DNA of 64,000 bases from an uncultured Gammaproteobacteria bacterium (GTDB lineage Bacteria; Patescibacteriota; Patescibacteriia; JAHIZJ01): the NCBI GenBank assembly GCA_964371245.1, contig CAYJKP010000001.1:187042-251041 (forward strand), given 5' to 3'. The translations under genes and the position numbers were made by a program. Positions 38,568 to 48,445 of the stretch are shown piece after piece. How positions within the stretch are numbered: the stretch's first letter is position 1; the number at the start of each line of letters is the position of its first letter. The notes below the pieces were generated by a model. It did not search any database, was not told the DNA's origin, and worked only from the letters and a program-made list of their open reading frames with translations.

Positions 38568-39557
38568 TTACTCCTTTTCGGCGTGTTGTTCAGCTTCTTC
38601 TTTCAGATCCTCTTCGACTGCCTCAGCGTTTTGCTTCCACTCGTCAACCACCTGTTTAACGTCGTTTTTAGTCAGCTGCGGATAAATGCCCTGCTGGTAT
38701 TTTGCCGGATTGCTTAAGGCGTCGAGCCGGACTTTCGCGGCCGCTTCGTCGATGATATCGATTGCCTTATCCGGAAAGGCCCGTTTGACCAGGACGTTTT
38801 GACCGAGCGCGACGGCTTCAGTAATCGATTCATCGGTGATGCCAACCTGGTGATGTTGCTCATAGCGCTGCCGTATCCCTTTCAGGATCTCAATCGTCTG
38901 TTCTGGCGTTGATTCCTCGACGTGGACAGGCTGGAACCGCCGTTCGAGCGTTTGGTCGTGTTCCAGGTATTTACTGTAGTCCTGACTGGTCGTGGCACCG
39001 ACCACCTGAAGATCACCCCGGGCCAGGGCCGGTTTTAGGATATCGGCGGCGTTGATCGCGCCCGTGGCCTCGCCGGCTTCTGCCAGCGTATGAAGCTCGT
39101 CGATGAACAGAATAATATTGCGCCGGCTGGCGATAATCTCATCAAGAATGCCCTTCAACCGTTTTTCAAACTCGCCCCGGTATTTCGTACCGGCGACCAG
39201 GCCTGACAAATCGAGCTGTAATACACGCTTATTCTTCAGTGGTTCAGGCACGTTACCAGAGGCGATTTCGTTTGCCAGTTCTTCGACGATCGCGGTTTTA
39301 CCAACGCCGGAATCGCCGATTAGGACCGGATTATTTTTCGTCCGACGGGACAATATTTGGATCACCCGTTCGATCTGATGTTTTCGGCCGATCACGGGAT
39401 CGAGCTTGTCTTGAAGGGCGAGCTGGGTCAGGTCGCGGGCATAAAGATTGAGTAGGGGCGTTTTCCCACCGCTAATGTTGCGGCCCTTGCCCTGAGCAAA
39501 CCACAAAGCCAAACCAGTAATGATGCCGAAGCCAACGATGTAGGGGATGAAGTCCAT
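38568..39557 (-). CDS. Membrane-anchored stand-alone AAA+ module homologous to ClpB/ClpC nucleotide-binding domain 1
   Basis: 329 aa. N-terminal TM ([14 protein letters not shown]). D1 signature [39 protein letters not shown], Walker B FIDELH, sensor region. No N-domain, M-domain or D2. Confidence 0.7.
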   Translation of the reverse strand: MDFIPYIVGFGIITGLALWFAQGKGRNISGGKTPLLNLYARDLTQLALQDKLDPVIGRKHQIERVIQILSRRTKNNPVLIGDSGVGKTAIVEELANEIASGNVPEPLKNKRVLQLDLSGLVAGTKYRGEFEKRLKGILDEIIASRRNIILFIDELHTLAEAGEATGAINAADILKPALARGDLQVVGATTSQDYSKYLEHDQTLERRFQPVHVEESTPEQTIEILKGIRQRYEQHHQVGITDESITEAVALGQNVLVKRAFPDKAIDIIDEAAAKVRLDALSNPAKYQQGIYPQLTKNDVKQVVDEWKQNAEAVEEDLKEEAEQHAEKE

Positions 39558-39560
39558 AGT

Positions 39561-40526
39561 TTATTCGAGCATTCTTTTCTTTTTCATGTACCAATACATG
39601 CCGAGCGCCGAGCTGAAACACAGCACCAGCGGCAGCCAGAAATTGAAGGTGGCGCCCAGGATCGGAAAGTAACCTTTCATCAAACCGAAAATGGAGGCGG
39701 AAACGTAGATCGGAAGCACGAGGGCGGAAATCACGGTCAGCGTCTTCATAATATCATTTATCCGGAATGAGATTAAGGACTCATTCGTCTGCTGGAGGGC
39801 CTCGATCGCTTCTTTGAAGCCTTGAAGGGTGTCCCAGATGTCTTTCGTGTCGTCGATGAGTTGTTCAAAATACGTTCGGAGGCCATTGATGCGAAAGACG
39901 CTTGGCTCGCGGCTATCGATCATTTTCTTCAGTACGTTCTTATGCGACTGCATGATCTTCCGGAAGTTGGTAATGTTTCGGCGAATGACCAAAATCTCGC
40001 GAACCATGCTTTTTTCATTGCCGGCGAAGATACGCGATTCAATATTTCCAATGTCGATATTCAAATGATCCAACATCGGATAACAGTAAAGGAGGAGAGA
40101 ATTGATTATCGTATAGGCCAGCTTCTCCATGCCGTCGTGCATATATTTATCGCGCGCATCATCATTGACCGAGCATAGGTCAAACATGTCGACGAGCGGG
40201 GGAAGGTTATTGTCGTGTACCGTAATGAAATAGTCGGGTCCGATAAAAAAATCCACCTCAGACGGCCTGATCTCCCGGGTTTTCCGGTCGAACACAGGGA
40301 AGAGGAGGATAAGGAAAATATAGTCGGTGTATTTGTCGACGTTTGGACGCTGGGCGGGCGATAAGCAATCTTCGAGATCGAGCGGGTGGAACTTGAAATT
40401 CTGGCGGAGATACTCGATCTCTTCATTCGTTGGTTTTACAATATTTATCCAACGAAGCCCATTACAGGTGAGGGTTTTGACGTTCATGTTGTGTTTTTGC
40501 TTTTGTTTTTGAATTTCACCGAACAT
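39561..40526 (-). CDS. CorA-family divalent cation channel homolog with GLM in place of the GMN motif
   Basis: 321 aa. CorA cytoplasmic-domain motifs (HPLDLEDCLSPAQRP, DFFIGPDYFITVH). Two C-terminal TMs with IFGLMKGYFPIL between them and a KKKRMLE tail. Confidence 0.7.
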   Translation of the reverse strand: MFGEIQKQKQKHNMNVKTLTCNGLRWINIVKPTNEEIEYLRQNFKFHPLDLEDCLSPAQRPNVDKYTDYIFLILLFPVFDRKTREIRPSEVDFFIGPDYFITVHDNNLPPLVDMFDLCSVNDDARDKYMHDGMEKLAYTIINSLLLYCYPMLDHLNIDIGNIESRIFAGNEKSMVREILVIRRNITNFRKIMQSHKNVLKKMIDSREPSVFRINGLRTYFEQLIDDTKDIWDTLQGFKEAIEALQQTNESLISFRINDIMKTLTVISALVLPIYVSASIFGLMKGYFPILGATFNFWLPLVLCFSSALGMYWYMKKKRMLE

Positions 40527-40639
40527 CTATATTGTAGCACATTTTGAGAAATATTGCAAGCTTTAAAAGGCAAAGTGAGGCGCCGGCGAAATGGGGTTCG
40601 TCGGCGCTCGTGTAGGGTGGGAAAAGGGCGGGGTTGGTG

Positions 40640-41188
40640 TCATGGCTCTGTCAGACCACAGTTCGTGGCCTGGAGCTTCACCGGGATCAGGAACCGTTGG
40701 ACGATCCGTTCCTCCGGCGGAGTCGGTCCGCTGGACGGCTGGTACGTGGCGACCAGCTCAATCTGCCGATAGCCATCATAGTGATTCGGCACGTCGAACC
40801 CGAAGCCTTGGCCGAACTTCCGATTGTTGATGCGCTTGACTTTCATCCAACGCTTCGGCTCGTCCGAGAAGCGCCACTCGATGGATTCCACCCGGTTGCC
40901 ATAGGTGTAGGCGGGGAGGAAGCCAAACGTCAAGTAGGCGGCGTTCGTGTTGACCTGTTCGGCCAACCAAGTAGTCTCGACGGCGGTTGAGTCGACCTCG
41001 AGTTTTATGCGGTAGAACCGCTTCAACTGGAGGTCGTTCATGACATAGAGCGCCGGATTCTCGCGGCACTCGGCGCCGATGTAGTTGACCGTCACGCTAC
41101 GCGGCGTCTTCACCACGTAACACGTGCAGCCATTCCCGACGGCGAGGACCGTCGCCAGCAGACAGAGAACGAGCAACGTCCGGTACAT
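40640..41188 (-). CDS. Hypothetical secreted Cys-containing protein (about 58% GC)
   Basis: 182 aa. N-terminal signal peptide (MYRTLLVLCLLATVLAVGNGC). GC3-rich codon usage. Confidence 0.45.
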   Translation of the reverse strand: MYRTLLVLCLLATVLAVGNGCTCYVVKTPRSVTVNYIGAECRENPALYVMNDLQLKRFYRIKLEVDSTAVETTWLAEQVNTNAAYLTFGFLPAYTYGNRVESIEWRFSDEPKRWMKVKRINNRKFGQGFGFDVPNHYDGYRQIELVATYQPSSGPTPPEERIVQRFLIPVKLQATNCGLTEP

Positions 41189-41345
41189 GGTCTATCCCTC
41201 CAATTCATGGTGGTGCTTGCATTCCCTCCTAGGCCTGAAAAACAAGGTATAATAGCACAGGCAAGTAGAATTGTCAATGGCTTAAGAAGACTGGAGAATT
41301 ATCACGCCTTCTTTGCCAAAAGGCAAAAAATATGATATATTATAA

Positions 41346-41876
41346 GTGATGCAATACGGAAATGCCCCAAAAAACGTCGATGTTGAACCGGTTCTCCCGG
41401 AAAAACAAGTTGATCAACCAGAACGCACTGGCGAACCGGGAAGTATTGAAATAAAACGCCCGGTTGAAAAAAAAGAGCAACCGGTTGAGGTGCGCATCGA
41501 ACGACCGAAGGAACTGCCAAAAACCGAAACCAGCGAACAGCCGCTCGCGTCAATGCCGCCGCCTGCCGGATCAGCGATTGCCACGCCCGCAAAATCAGAA
41601 ACCTATCGACAAATCGAGCAGATATTGGAAGATGACTTGTTCCAGGTGTATCAGGCCATGGACGAGCCAACTAAGCGCCGGTTTCAGGCCGAGGGTGAAA
41701 AAACCACCTCAAAAATTGAAGTCCTGCTCCAAGCCACCAAGATTCAAGTGAAAAAGATCCTCGATTTGATCAAGAACTGGTTGAAGATCATCCCGCGGAT
41801 CAACAAGCATTTTCTTACGCAAGAGGCAAAGATAAAAACCGACCGTATCATTGCCCTAAAAGATAATCAAAAATAA
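41346..41876 (+). CDS. Hypothetical charged/Pro-Glu-Lys-rich protein
   Basis: 176 aa with a low-complexity PEK-rich N-terminal half. No motif. Confidence 0.4.
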   Translation: MMQYGNAPKNVDVEPVLPEKQVDQPERTGEPGSIEIKRPVEKKEQPVEVRIERPKELPKTETSEQPLASMPPPAGSAIATPAKSETYRQIEQILEDDLFQVYQAMDEPTKRRFQAEGEKTTSKIEVLLQATKIQVKKILDLIKNWLKIIPRINKHFLTQEAKIKTDRIIALKDNQK

Positions 41877-41883
41877 ACCACCT

Positions 41884-44433
41884 ATGGTTTGGCTTTTGGC
41901 TGCGACAGTCAGTCTGCCCGAGGCAACAGCGGTGATCGAGAGTGAGACCGGCGGTAACTTACTGGTGACCGTGTTTGTGTTGCTAGGGATCGTGGCGCTT
42001 GTGATAGCGCTTTTTTCCATATTCCGCTGGGCCATGAATAATACCATGCTTATCCCGATGGCTTTCCGGCGAAAAGTCCTGATGATCTCAGTGCCGAAGG
42101 AGCACATGGAGCTCCAGGAGCAACAGGACAAGCACAAAGGGAACGTCAAAGAATTGATTGCCGTTGCTGAGGCGCTCTATGCGAATCTCGGCGGTATTGT
42201 CCGGATGCAAAAATGGTATTCGCGGCTGCTCTACGGCCGGCACGATCATCTCGCCCTGGAAATCGTGGCCGATAAGGGCTTTGTCTCATTTATTGTGGCG
42301 ATACCGTTTCAATATCATGAATTCATCGAGCAGCAGATTCACGCCCAATATCCGGAAGCCCACGTCGAAGCAATGGAGGATTATAATATATTTTCTTCGC
42401 ACGGCGTCATCAAGATGAACAATCTGAAATTGTCGCGCTCAAACATGTATCCGATTCGAACCTATCAGAAACTGGAAGTTGACCCAATGAACGCTATTAC
42501 GAACGTCTTGAGCAAGATCACGGAGCCGGAAGGGGCCGCCATCCAAATACTCTTTCGACGGGCCGGCCGGGGTTGGCAGCACGCCGCCCACTCATACGCG
42601 CGCAAGGTGATTCAGGGGAAGGGCGGTCAGGCCGGTTCAGGCGCCATGATGGGGGATCTGTGGCACTCGGCGTTTCCGAGTAAGATGCAGGATCAGAACG
42701 AACAGCAAAAAAAGAATTTTTACAAACTGTCGCCGATCGAAGAGGGTAAAATGAAGGCGGTCAGCGAAAAGGCAGAGAAAATCGGCTTTGAGGTTAATCT
42801 GCGGGTCATTGTTTCGGCGGGTGATGCCGATCGGGCCAAGATTTATATGGATAATATTTTAAATTCGTTTACGCAGTACACCGCCCATGAAACGGGTAAC
42901 AGTTTCCGAAAAGCCAAGGTCTATCTGAAACATCGGTTCATCCACGATTTCATCTTCCGGAATTTCCGCCGCCGGAACAGCTTCATCCTGAATACCGAGG
43001 AGCTAACCAGCCTATGGCACTTGCCGTTGTCTGACACGGAAACGCCGAATATCCGCTGGGCCGCGGCCAAACGCTCAGCCCCGCCCGTTGATTTGCCGAA
43101 CGAAGGGCTGATCCTCGGCCAGAGCAGCTACCGCGGCCGCGATCTACTCGTTCGGATAAAGAAAGACGATCGGCGACGCCATGTCTACATCATTGGTAAA
43201 TCCGGCGTCGGTAAATCAGTTTTGATGACGAACATGGCGGTTCAGGACATAAAAAACGGCGAGGGCGTTTGCGTTGTTGATCCGCACGGCGATTTGATTG
43301 AAGACATCCTCGGACAGATTCCAAAAGAACGCAGCGACGACGTCATTATTTTTGATCCGTCCGATACTGAACGGCCGGTTGGCTTGAACATGCTCGAAGC
43401 GCAGACGCCGATGGATCGGGATTTCGCCGTACAAGAAATGATCAGCATTTTCTACAAGCTTTTCCCGCCGGAAATGATCGGGCCGATGTTCGAGCATAAC
43501 ATGCGCAACGTCATGCTGACGCTGATGGCGGACACGGTCCAGCCCGGCACGATCGTTGAAATTCCGCGCATGTTCACCGATCCGGAATACCAGAAATTCA
43601 AACTTCGCAAGGTGACCGACCCGGTGGTGCGGAATTTCTGGGAAAAAGAGATGGCCAAGACGACCGATTTTCATAAGTCAGAGATGCTCGGCTATCTCAT
43701 TTCAAAAGTCGGCCGTTTCGTCGAGAACGAAATGATGCGGAATATTATCGGCCAATCGCGCTCCGGCTTCGATTTTGAAGAAATCATGAACAAGCGGAAA
43801 ATTTTGCTCGTCAATCTGTCGAAAGGCAAGACCGGCGAGGTCAACAGCTCGCTGCTCGGCTTGATCATCGTTTCAAAGCTCCAGATGGCGGCGTTGCATC
43901 GGGCGAATCTGCCGTCGGAGGAAAGACATGACTTCTATCTCTACATCGACGAATTTCAGAATTTTGTGACCGACAGTGTGGCCACCATCTTGTCTGAAGC
44001 CAGAAAGTATCGTTTGAATCTCATTATTGCACATCAATATATCAACCAGTTGGTTCAAAACAACGACACCAAGATACGCGACGCGGTCCTCGGCAACGCC
44101 GGGACGATTATCTCGTTCAAAGTCGGCGTCGAGGACTCTCAAATGGTGTCAAAAATATACGCGCCGGTCTTTAATGAGTTTGACGTGATGAATATCGAAA
44201 AATATAACGCCTACGTCAAGCTCTTGATCGACAATCAAACCGGTCGAGCCTTCAATATGCAGACGGTTGCGCCGCTGCCGGGCGACCGGGCGCTGGCGCA
44301 ACGGATCAAGGAGTTGTCGCGGCTGAAACACGGGCGCGAAAAGAAGGTTGTGGAGACGGAAATAATGGAACGGAGCCAGCTGGGCGCGCCGGCTGCCCGT
44401 CTTGGTGACACTGTTGGGGAACGGCACATGTAG
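41884..44433 (+). CDS. VirD4/TraG/TraD-like type IV coupling protein-family P-loop ATPase with N-terminal TMs
   Basis: 849 aa with 2 N-terminal TMs. Walker A IIGKSGVGKS, VVDPHGDL, Walker B-like LYIDEFQNF, and a C-terminal segment resembling the TraD/TraG relaxosome-binding region. Confidence 0.55.
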   Translation: MVWLLAATVSLPEATAVIESETGGNLLVTVFVLLGIVALVIALFSIFRWAMNNTMLIPMAFRRKVLMISVPKEHMELQEQQDKHKGNVKELIAVAEALYANLGGIVRMQKWYSRLLYGRHDHLALEIVADKGFVSFIVAIPFQYHEFIEQQIHAQYPEAHVEAMEDYNIFSSHGVIKMNNLKLSRSNMYPIRTYQKLEVDPMNAITNVLSKITEPEGAAIQILFRRAGRGWQHAAHSYARKVIQGKGGQAGSGAMMGDLWHSAFPSKMQDQNEQQKKNFYKLSPIEEGKMKAVSEKAEKIGFEVNLRVIVSAGDADRAKIYMDNILNSFTQYTAHETGNSFRKAKVYLKHRFIHDFIFRNFRRRNSFILNTEELTSLWHLPLSDTETPNIRWAAAKRSAPPVDLPNEGLILGQSSYRGRDLLVRIKKDDRRRHVYIIGKSGVGKSVLMTNMAVQDIKNGEGVCVVDPHGDLIEDILGQIPKERSDDVIIFDPSDTERPVGLNMLEAQTPMDRDFAVQEMISIFYKLFPPEMIGPMFEHNMRNVMLTLMADTVQPGTIVEIPRMFTDPEYQKFKLRKVTDPVVRNFWEKEMAKTTDFHKSEMLGYLISKVGRFVENEMMRNIIGQSRSGFDFEEIMNKRKILLVNLSKGKTGEVNSSLLGLIIVSKLQMAALHRANLPSEERHDFYLYIDEFQNFVTDSVATILSEARKYRLNLIIAHQYINQLVQNNDTKIRDAVLGNAGTIISFKVGVEDSQMVSKIYAPVFNEFDVMNIEKYNAYVKLLIDNQTGRAFNMQTVAPLPGDRALAQRIKELSRLKHGREKKVVETEIMERSQLGAPAARLGDTVGERHM

Positions 44434-44460
44434 TCGAGCGGCGGTTTTTTCGCTATACTA

Positions 44461-44991
44461 ATGGGTGTTATGACGCCTTTTATTTTTTTATTGCTGATCG
44501 TCATTGTCGCCGGCACGGCCATGTGGGCGAGTTTTTCAGCGGCGCCGTGGCTGCCGACGCGGGCGAAGGATATCGATCGGTTGCTTGAGCTGGCTAAACT
44601 GTCACAGAAGAGCCTGGTGTATGATTTGGGCTGCGGCGACGGACGGCTGCTCATGCAAGCCGCACGAAAATATGGAGCGCACGGCGTCGGCTTTGAGGTA
44701 TCCGTCCTGCCATTTCTCTGGTCATGGGTCAGGGTAGCGTTGTCAAAAGAACGCGGGCGCATCACAATCAAGTATCGCAATTTCTACCAGGTTGACCTCG
44801 CGGCCGCTGACGCCGTCGTCTGTTTTTTGACGCCGCCGGCGATGGTGAAATTGGAACCAAAACTGCGGCAGGAATTACGGCCGGGCAGTCGCTTCGTCAC
44901 CTATTGTTTCAAATTACCAACCTGGCAACCAACCACGGTCAGCCGGCTGAACAAAAAAGACATGCCGATCTATGTCTATACGAAGAATTGA
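44461..44991 (+). CDS. Small class I SAM-dependent methyltransferase with N-terminal TM
   Basis: Motif I VYDLGCGDGRLL, 176 aa. Confidence 0.65.
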   Translation: MGVMTPFIFLLLIVIVAGTAMWASFSAAPWLPTRAKDIDRLLELAKLSQKSLVYDLGCGDGRLLMQAARKYGAHGVGFEVSVLPFLWSWVRVALSKERGRITIKYRNFYQVDLAAADAVVCFLTPPAMVKLEPKLRQELRPGSRFVTYCFKLPTWQPTTVSRLNKKDMPIYVYTKN

Positions 44992-45075
44992 CGCAATACC
45001 GGCCATATTGTATACTGTGATGTGACAATAAACAAAGCAAACATAAACGAAATAATACACTAAAAAAGAAGACAA

Positions 45076-45687
45076 ATGCCCGACGAAATAACACGACTTG
45101 CAAAAATAAAAGAAGCAATTGAAAACGCTCAAGCCAACCTCCAGATCGCCCGGCAACTGATTGCTGAGATCGGCGGGAAGGAACTGGATGAGCAACTCGC
45201 CCTGAATATCAAGGTTGAAGGCAAGGTGGCCGAAGGGCCGGAAGGAAAAATAATCGAGGGCCAGTTTGACGGGCAGAACATGCTTGGACCTGACGGGAAA
45301 CAGTATTCGGTGCCGGCCAATTATGCTTCAAAGTCAAAGCTAGTCGAAGGTGATACGTTAAAACTTACGATCACGCCAGACGGATCGTTTGTCTATAAGC
45401 AGATCGGACCGATCGAGCGCCAGCGCTTAATCGGCGTATTAACGCGCGATGAAGAAACGAACGAATTCCGTGTCTTGGCGAACAATAAAAGCTACCGCGT
45501 CTTGCTGGCCAGCATCACGTATTTCAAAGGCGAGCCGGGTGACGAAGTGGTGATCCTGGTGCCGAAAGAAAAAGACAGCCGTTGGGCGGCGGTTGAGAAC
45601 ATTATTAAAAAAACAGCCTCGGCCGGCCTTCAGACCGAAACACCGTCGAATCCCGTCGGTCAGGATGAAATGAAGGATTTGACCTAG
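45076..45687 (+). CDS. Hypothetical protein
   Basis: 203 aa with a helical N-terminus and a beta-rich C-terminal half. No motif. Confidence 0.4.
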   Translation: MPDEITRLAKIKEAIENAQANLQIARQLIAEIGGKELDEQLALNIKVEGKVAEGPEGKIIEGQFDGQNMLGPDGKQYSVPANYASKSKLVEGDTLKLTITPDGSFVYKQIGPIERQRLIGVLTRDEETNEFRVLANNKSYRVLLASITYFKGEPGDEVVILVPKEKDSRWAAVENIIKKTASAGLQTETPSNPVGQDEMKDLT

Positions 45688-45709
45688 AAATCTCATCGTG
45701 ACGTATATC

Positions 45710-45747
45710 GGACAGCCAAGACGTCAGGTCGGCTGTCTTTCGTTTCG
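45710..45747 (+). terminator. Intrinsic terminator (ggacagcc-loop-ggctgtc + T-rich)
   Basis: 7-8 bp stem and tttcgtttcg tail, 23 nt after the stop. Confidence 0.55.
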
Positions 45748-45814
45748 CTCGTCTTTTGCCAAAACAAGTCTTTATTGCTAAGATAGGGTAGGACAATTTT
45801 ATAAAGAGCATCCC

Positions 45815-47350
45815 ATGTCAGAGACAATCTATCGGAAATACCGCCCCCAAAAGTTTGACGAAATCCTCGGTCAAAACCACGTAAAAATAACGCTTGAAAA
45901 CGAAATCACCAGCGGTCGTTTGGCACACGCGTATCTGTTTGCCGGACCGCGCGGTGTCGGGAAGACAACAATCGCGCGGCTTTTAGCCAAGTCGATCAAT
46001 TGTCAGAAGCGCAAACCGGATCAAAGCGAACCATGCAATACCTGCGAAGCCTGCCAGGAGATTATGACCGGCCGGTCGCTTGACCTGATCGAAATGGATG
46101 CGGCCTCGCACACCGGCGTTGATAATGTCCGGGAAAACATCATAGAAAATTCGCGCTTTACGCCGACGCGCTGGCCATACAAGATCTTTATTATCGATGA
46201 AGCGCACATGTTGTCGCTGGCCGCGTTTAACGCCTTACTGAAGACCCTCGAGGAGCCACCGAAACACATCATTTTCATTCTCTGCACGACGGAAATACAC
46301 CGTTTGCCCGAAACCATCATTTCGCGCTGCCAGCGCTTTGATTTTCGAAAAATCGGCCAGGTCGACTTAGTCAAACGGCTGAAAACCATCGTTGATAAAG
46401 AAAAGGTACGCGTTGATGACGATGTGCTTGCCCGCATCGCCCGCCAAGGGGACGGCTCATCGCGCGACGCTGAGAGCCTGCTCGGACAAATTCTGACCCT
46501 CGGCGAAAAACACATCACCGCCGATTTGGTTGAACACGTGCTGCCGCGCTCAAATCTCGAATCGGTTATCACGCTCTTTGAGCATATTGTAAATCGAAAC
46601 GCCGCCGCCGGCCTGGAGCTTTTGAATACGTTAGCGGAAGAAGGAGTAAACTTTACTCAATTCTTAAAAGAGCTGGTTGATTTCTTACGAAAAATATTAT
46701 TGATAAAAGTGCACGGCAGCCTGGATATTTTTGCCTCGCTCGAGTTAACCCAAGAAATGGAGAAGTCAACGCTGAACTTGTCGAACACGATTGAGCTAAA
46801 CCGGCTCGTGAAAGCGATCAATATGTTCATCAACGCCGAGCGCGACCTGAAATACGCCGATATTCCGCAGCTGCCGTTGGAATTAGTCGTGGTTGAATTA
46901 TGCGAGAGCGAGGAGAGCAATCCGCCGCCGACGCACACGCAGACCCCGCCGTCATACACGCCACCGCCAGCCGCACCACCGAGCCAGCCCACGCAACGAC
47001 CGACCAAGAAAACAGCCCTGAAAATGACCCTGATGGAAATTATTCAGCGCTGGCCCGAGGTGTTGACGCGAGCTCAAGAATCGTATCATACTCTGGTCAT
47101 GGCGCTGAAAGTGAGCCAACCGAAAGAGGTGCTCGATGATACCCTGGTACTGGCGAGCCGGTATCCCTTTTATGCCAAACACCTGAAATCACAGCCGATT
47201 CGGCCGAAGATTGAGCAGCTCTTGGCGGACGTATTCGGTGAACCAATCCGGATCGACACCGTGGTGGTTGAAGCAAATGAAGAGCCTGAGCAAAAACCCG
47301 ATCTGATTAATCCGTTATTGGAGACGTTTGGCGGGGAGGTTGTCGGATAA
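45815..47350 (+). CDS. dnaX: DNA polymerase III subunit gamma/tau
   Basis: YRPQKFDEILGQNHV, Walker A GPRGVGKTT, zinc module CQKRKPDQSEPCNTCEAC, SRC motif. 511 aa. Confidence 0.9.
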   Translation: MSETIYRKYRPQKFDEILGQNHVKITLENEITSGRLAHAYLFAGPRGVGKTTIARLLAKSINCQKRKPDQSEPCNTCEACQEIMTGRSLDLIEMDAASHTGVDNVRENIIENSRFTPTRWPYKIFIIDEAHMLSLAAFNALLKTLEEPPKHIIFILCTTEIHRLPETIISRCQRFDFRKIGQVDLVKRLKTIVDKEKVRVDDDVLARIARQGDGSSRDAESLLGQILTLGEKHITADLVEHVLPRSNLESVITLFEHIVNRNAAAGLELLNTLAEEGVNFTQFLKELVDFLRKILLIKVHGSLDIFASLELTQEMEKSTLNLSNTIELNRLVKAINMFINAERDLKYADIPQLPLELVVVELCESEESNPPPTHTQTPPSYTPPPAAPPSQPTQRPTKKTALKMTLMEIIQRWPEVLTRAQESYHTLVMALKVSQPKEVLDDTLVLASRYPFYAKHLKSQPIRPKIEQLLADVFGEPIRIDTVVVEANEEPEQKPDLINPLLETFGGEVVG

Positions 47351-47407
47351 CCATTTGTTTGCGCCAGGAGTGCTGCGTTTTTTTATTTAACACGTTCTGG
47401 ATAGAGC

Positions 47408-47478
47408 TCCGGGGTCGTCTAATGGTAGGACGCCAGGTTCTGGCCCTGGTAATCGGGGTTCGAGTCCCTGCCCCGGAG
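47408..47478 (+). tRNA. tRNA-Gln (anticodon CTG), CCA not encoded
   Basis: Acceptor tccgggg/ccccgga, anticodon loop ttCTGgc, T-loop ttcgagt, discriminator G. The following bases are ctc, not cca. Confidence 0.8.
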
Positions 47479-47518
47479 CTCTGTTCAGAAATGTCTGAGT
47501 CTTAATCTGAGAAAATAT

Positions 47519-48445
47519 ATGTACGACCTTCTTATTCTCGGCGGTTCAGCGGCGGGCGCCAGCGCGGCGATCTATGCCGCTCGCGCCAAGCTGAACTTCA
47601 AAGTCATCACTAAGGATCTCGGCGGGGAGGTTGCTAACTCAGGGGAGATTGGCAATTACCCCGGTTTTAACGTGACCAACGGCGTGGAACTTTCCGAAAA
47701 GTTTGCCGAACAGATGCGCTTTAATCAGATTGATATTGAAACGGGTGTATACATCGAACGGATTGTCCGCAACGGAAAAACATTCGTCGTAACCACGAAA
47801 GACGATAGCGAACAATCAAAAACCTATGAAGCCAAGGCAATCATCCTGGCTACCGGCGCCAGACCGCGCCACTTAGGCGTCCCGGGTGAGCAAGAATACT
47901 ATCAGAAAGGATTGTCCTATTGTACGACCTGCGACGGCCCGCTCTATCGTCAGAAGATCGTGACGACGATCGGCGGCGGCAACTCCGCGCTTGAGTCAAT
48001 CCTGATGATGTCGAACTTGGCGAGCCGGGTTTATTCGATAAACATCAATCCGGAGTTTACCGGCGAAAAAGTATATATCGAGAAAGTGAAAAACCTGCCG
48101 AATGTCGTTTTAATTCCAAATGCCCAAACAACCACCATTGTTGGAAACGCCGCAGTCAGCGGAGTTGAGTATTTTGAGAAGGCCAGCGGAGATAAAAAAG
48201 TTATCGAGACGCAAGGCGTTTTCATCCATATTGGGATTATTCCAAACTCCGACATGGCAAAAGATCTCGGGGTGACGAATAAATTTGGATTCATTGAAGT
48301 GGATACGCACATGCAGACAGCGGTGCCTGGTTTCTTCGCGGCGGGCGACGTTGTCAATGTTCCATATCAGCAAATTGCGATCGCGACGGGGCAGGGGACA
48401 ACGGCGCTTCTTTCGGCTCAAGCCTATCTGAATAAATGGCAATAA
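47519..48445 (+). CDS. trxB: Thioredoxin-disulfide reductase
   Basis: FAD motif GGSAAGASAA, redox-active CTTCDG, NADPH GGGNSA. 308 aa. Confidence 0.85.
   Translation: MYDLLILGGSAAGASAAIYAARAKLNFKVITKDLGGEVANSGEIGNYPGFNVTNGVELSEKFAEQMRFNQIDIETGVYIERIVRNGKTFVVTTKDDSEQSKTYEAKAIILATGARPRHLGVPGEQEYYQKGLSYCTTCDGPLYRQKIVTTIGGGNSALESILMMSNLASRVYSININPEFTGEKVYIEKVKNLPNVVLIPNAQTTTIVGNAAVSGVEYFEKASGDKKVIETQGVFIHIGIIPNSDMAKDLGVTNKFGFIEVDTHMQTAVPGFFAAGDVVNVPYQQIAIATGQGTTALLSAQAYLNKWQ

Noticed and set aside
47478-47518. Palindrome tcagaaatgtctga downstream of tRNA-Gln as a Fur/operator site
   Set aside because: It is a single short 5-bp inverted repeat with no match to a known operator consensus. Too weak to call.
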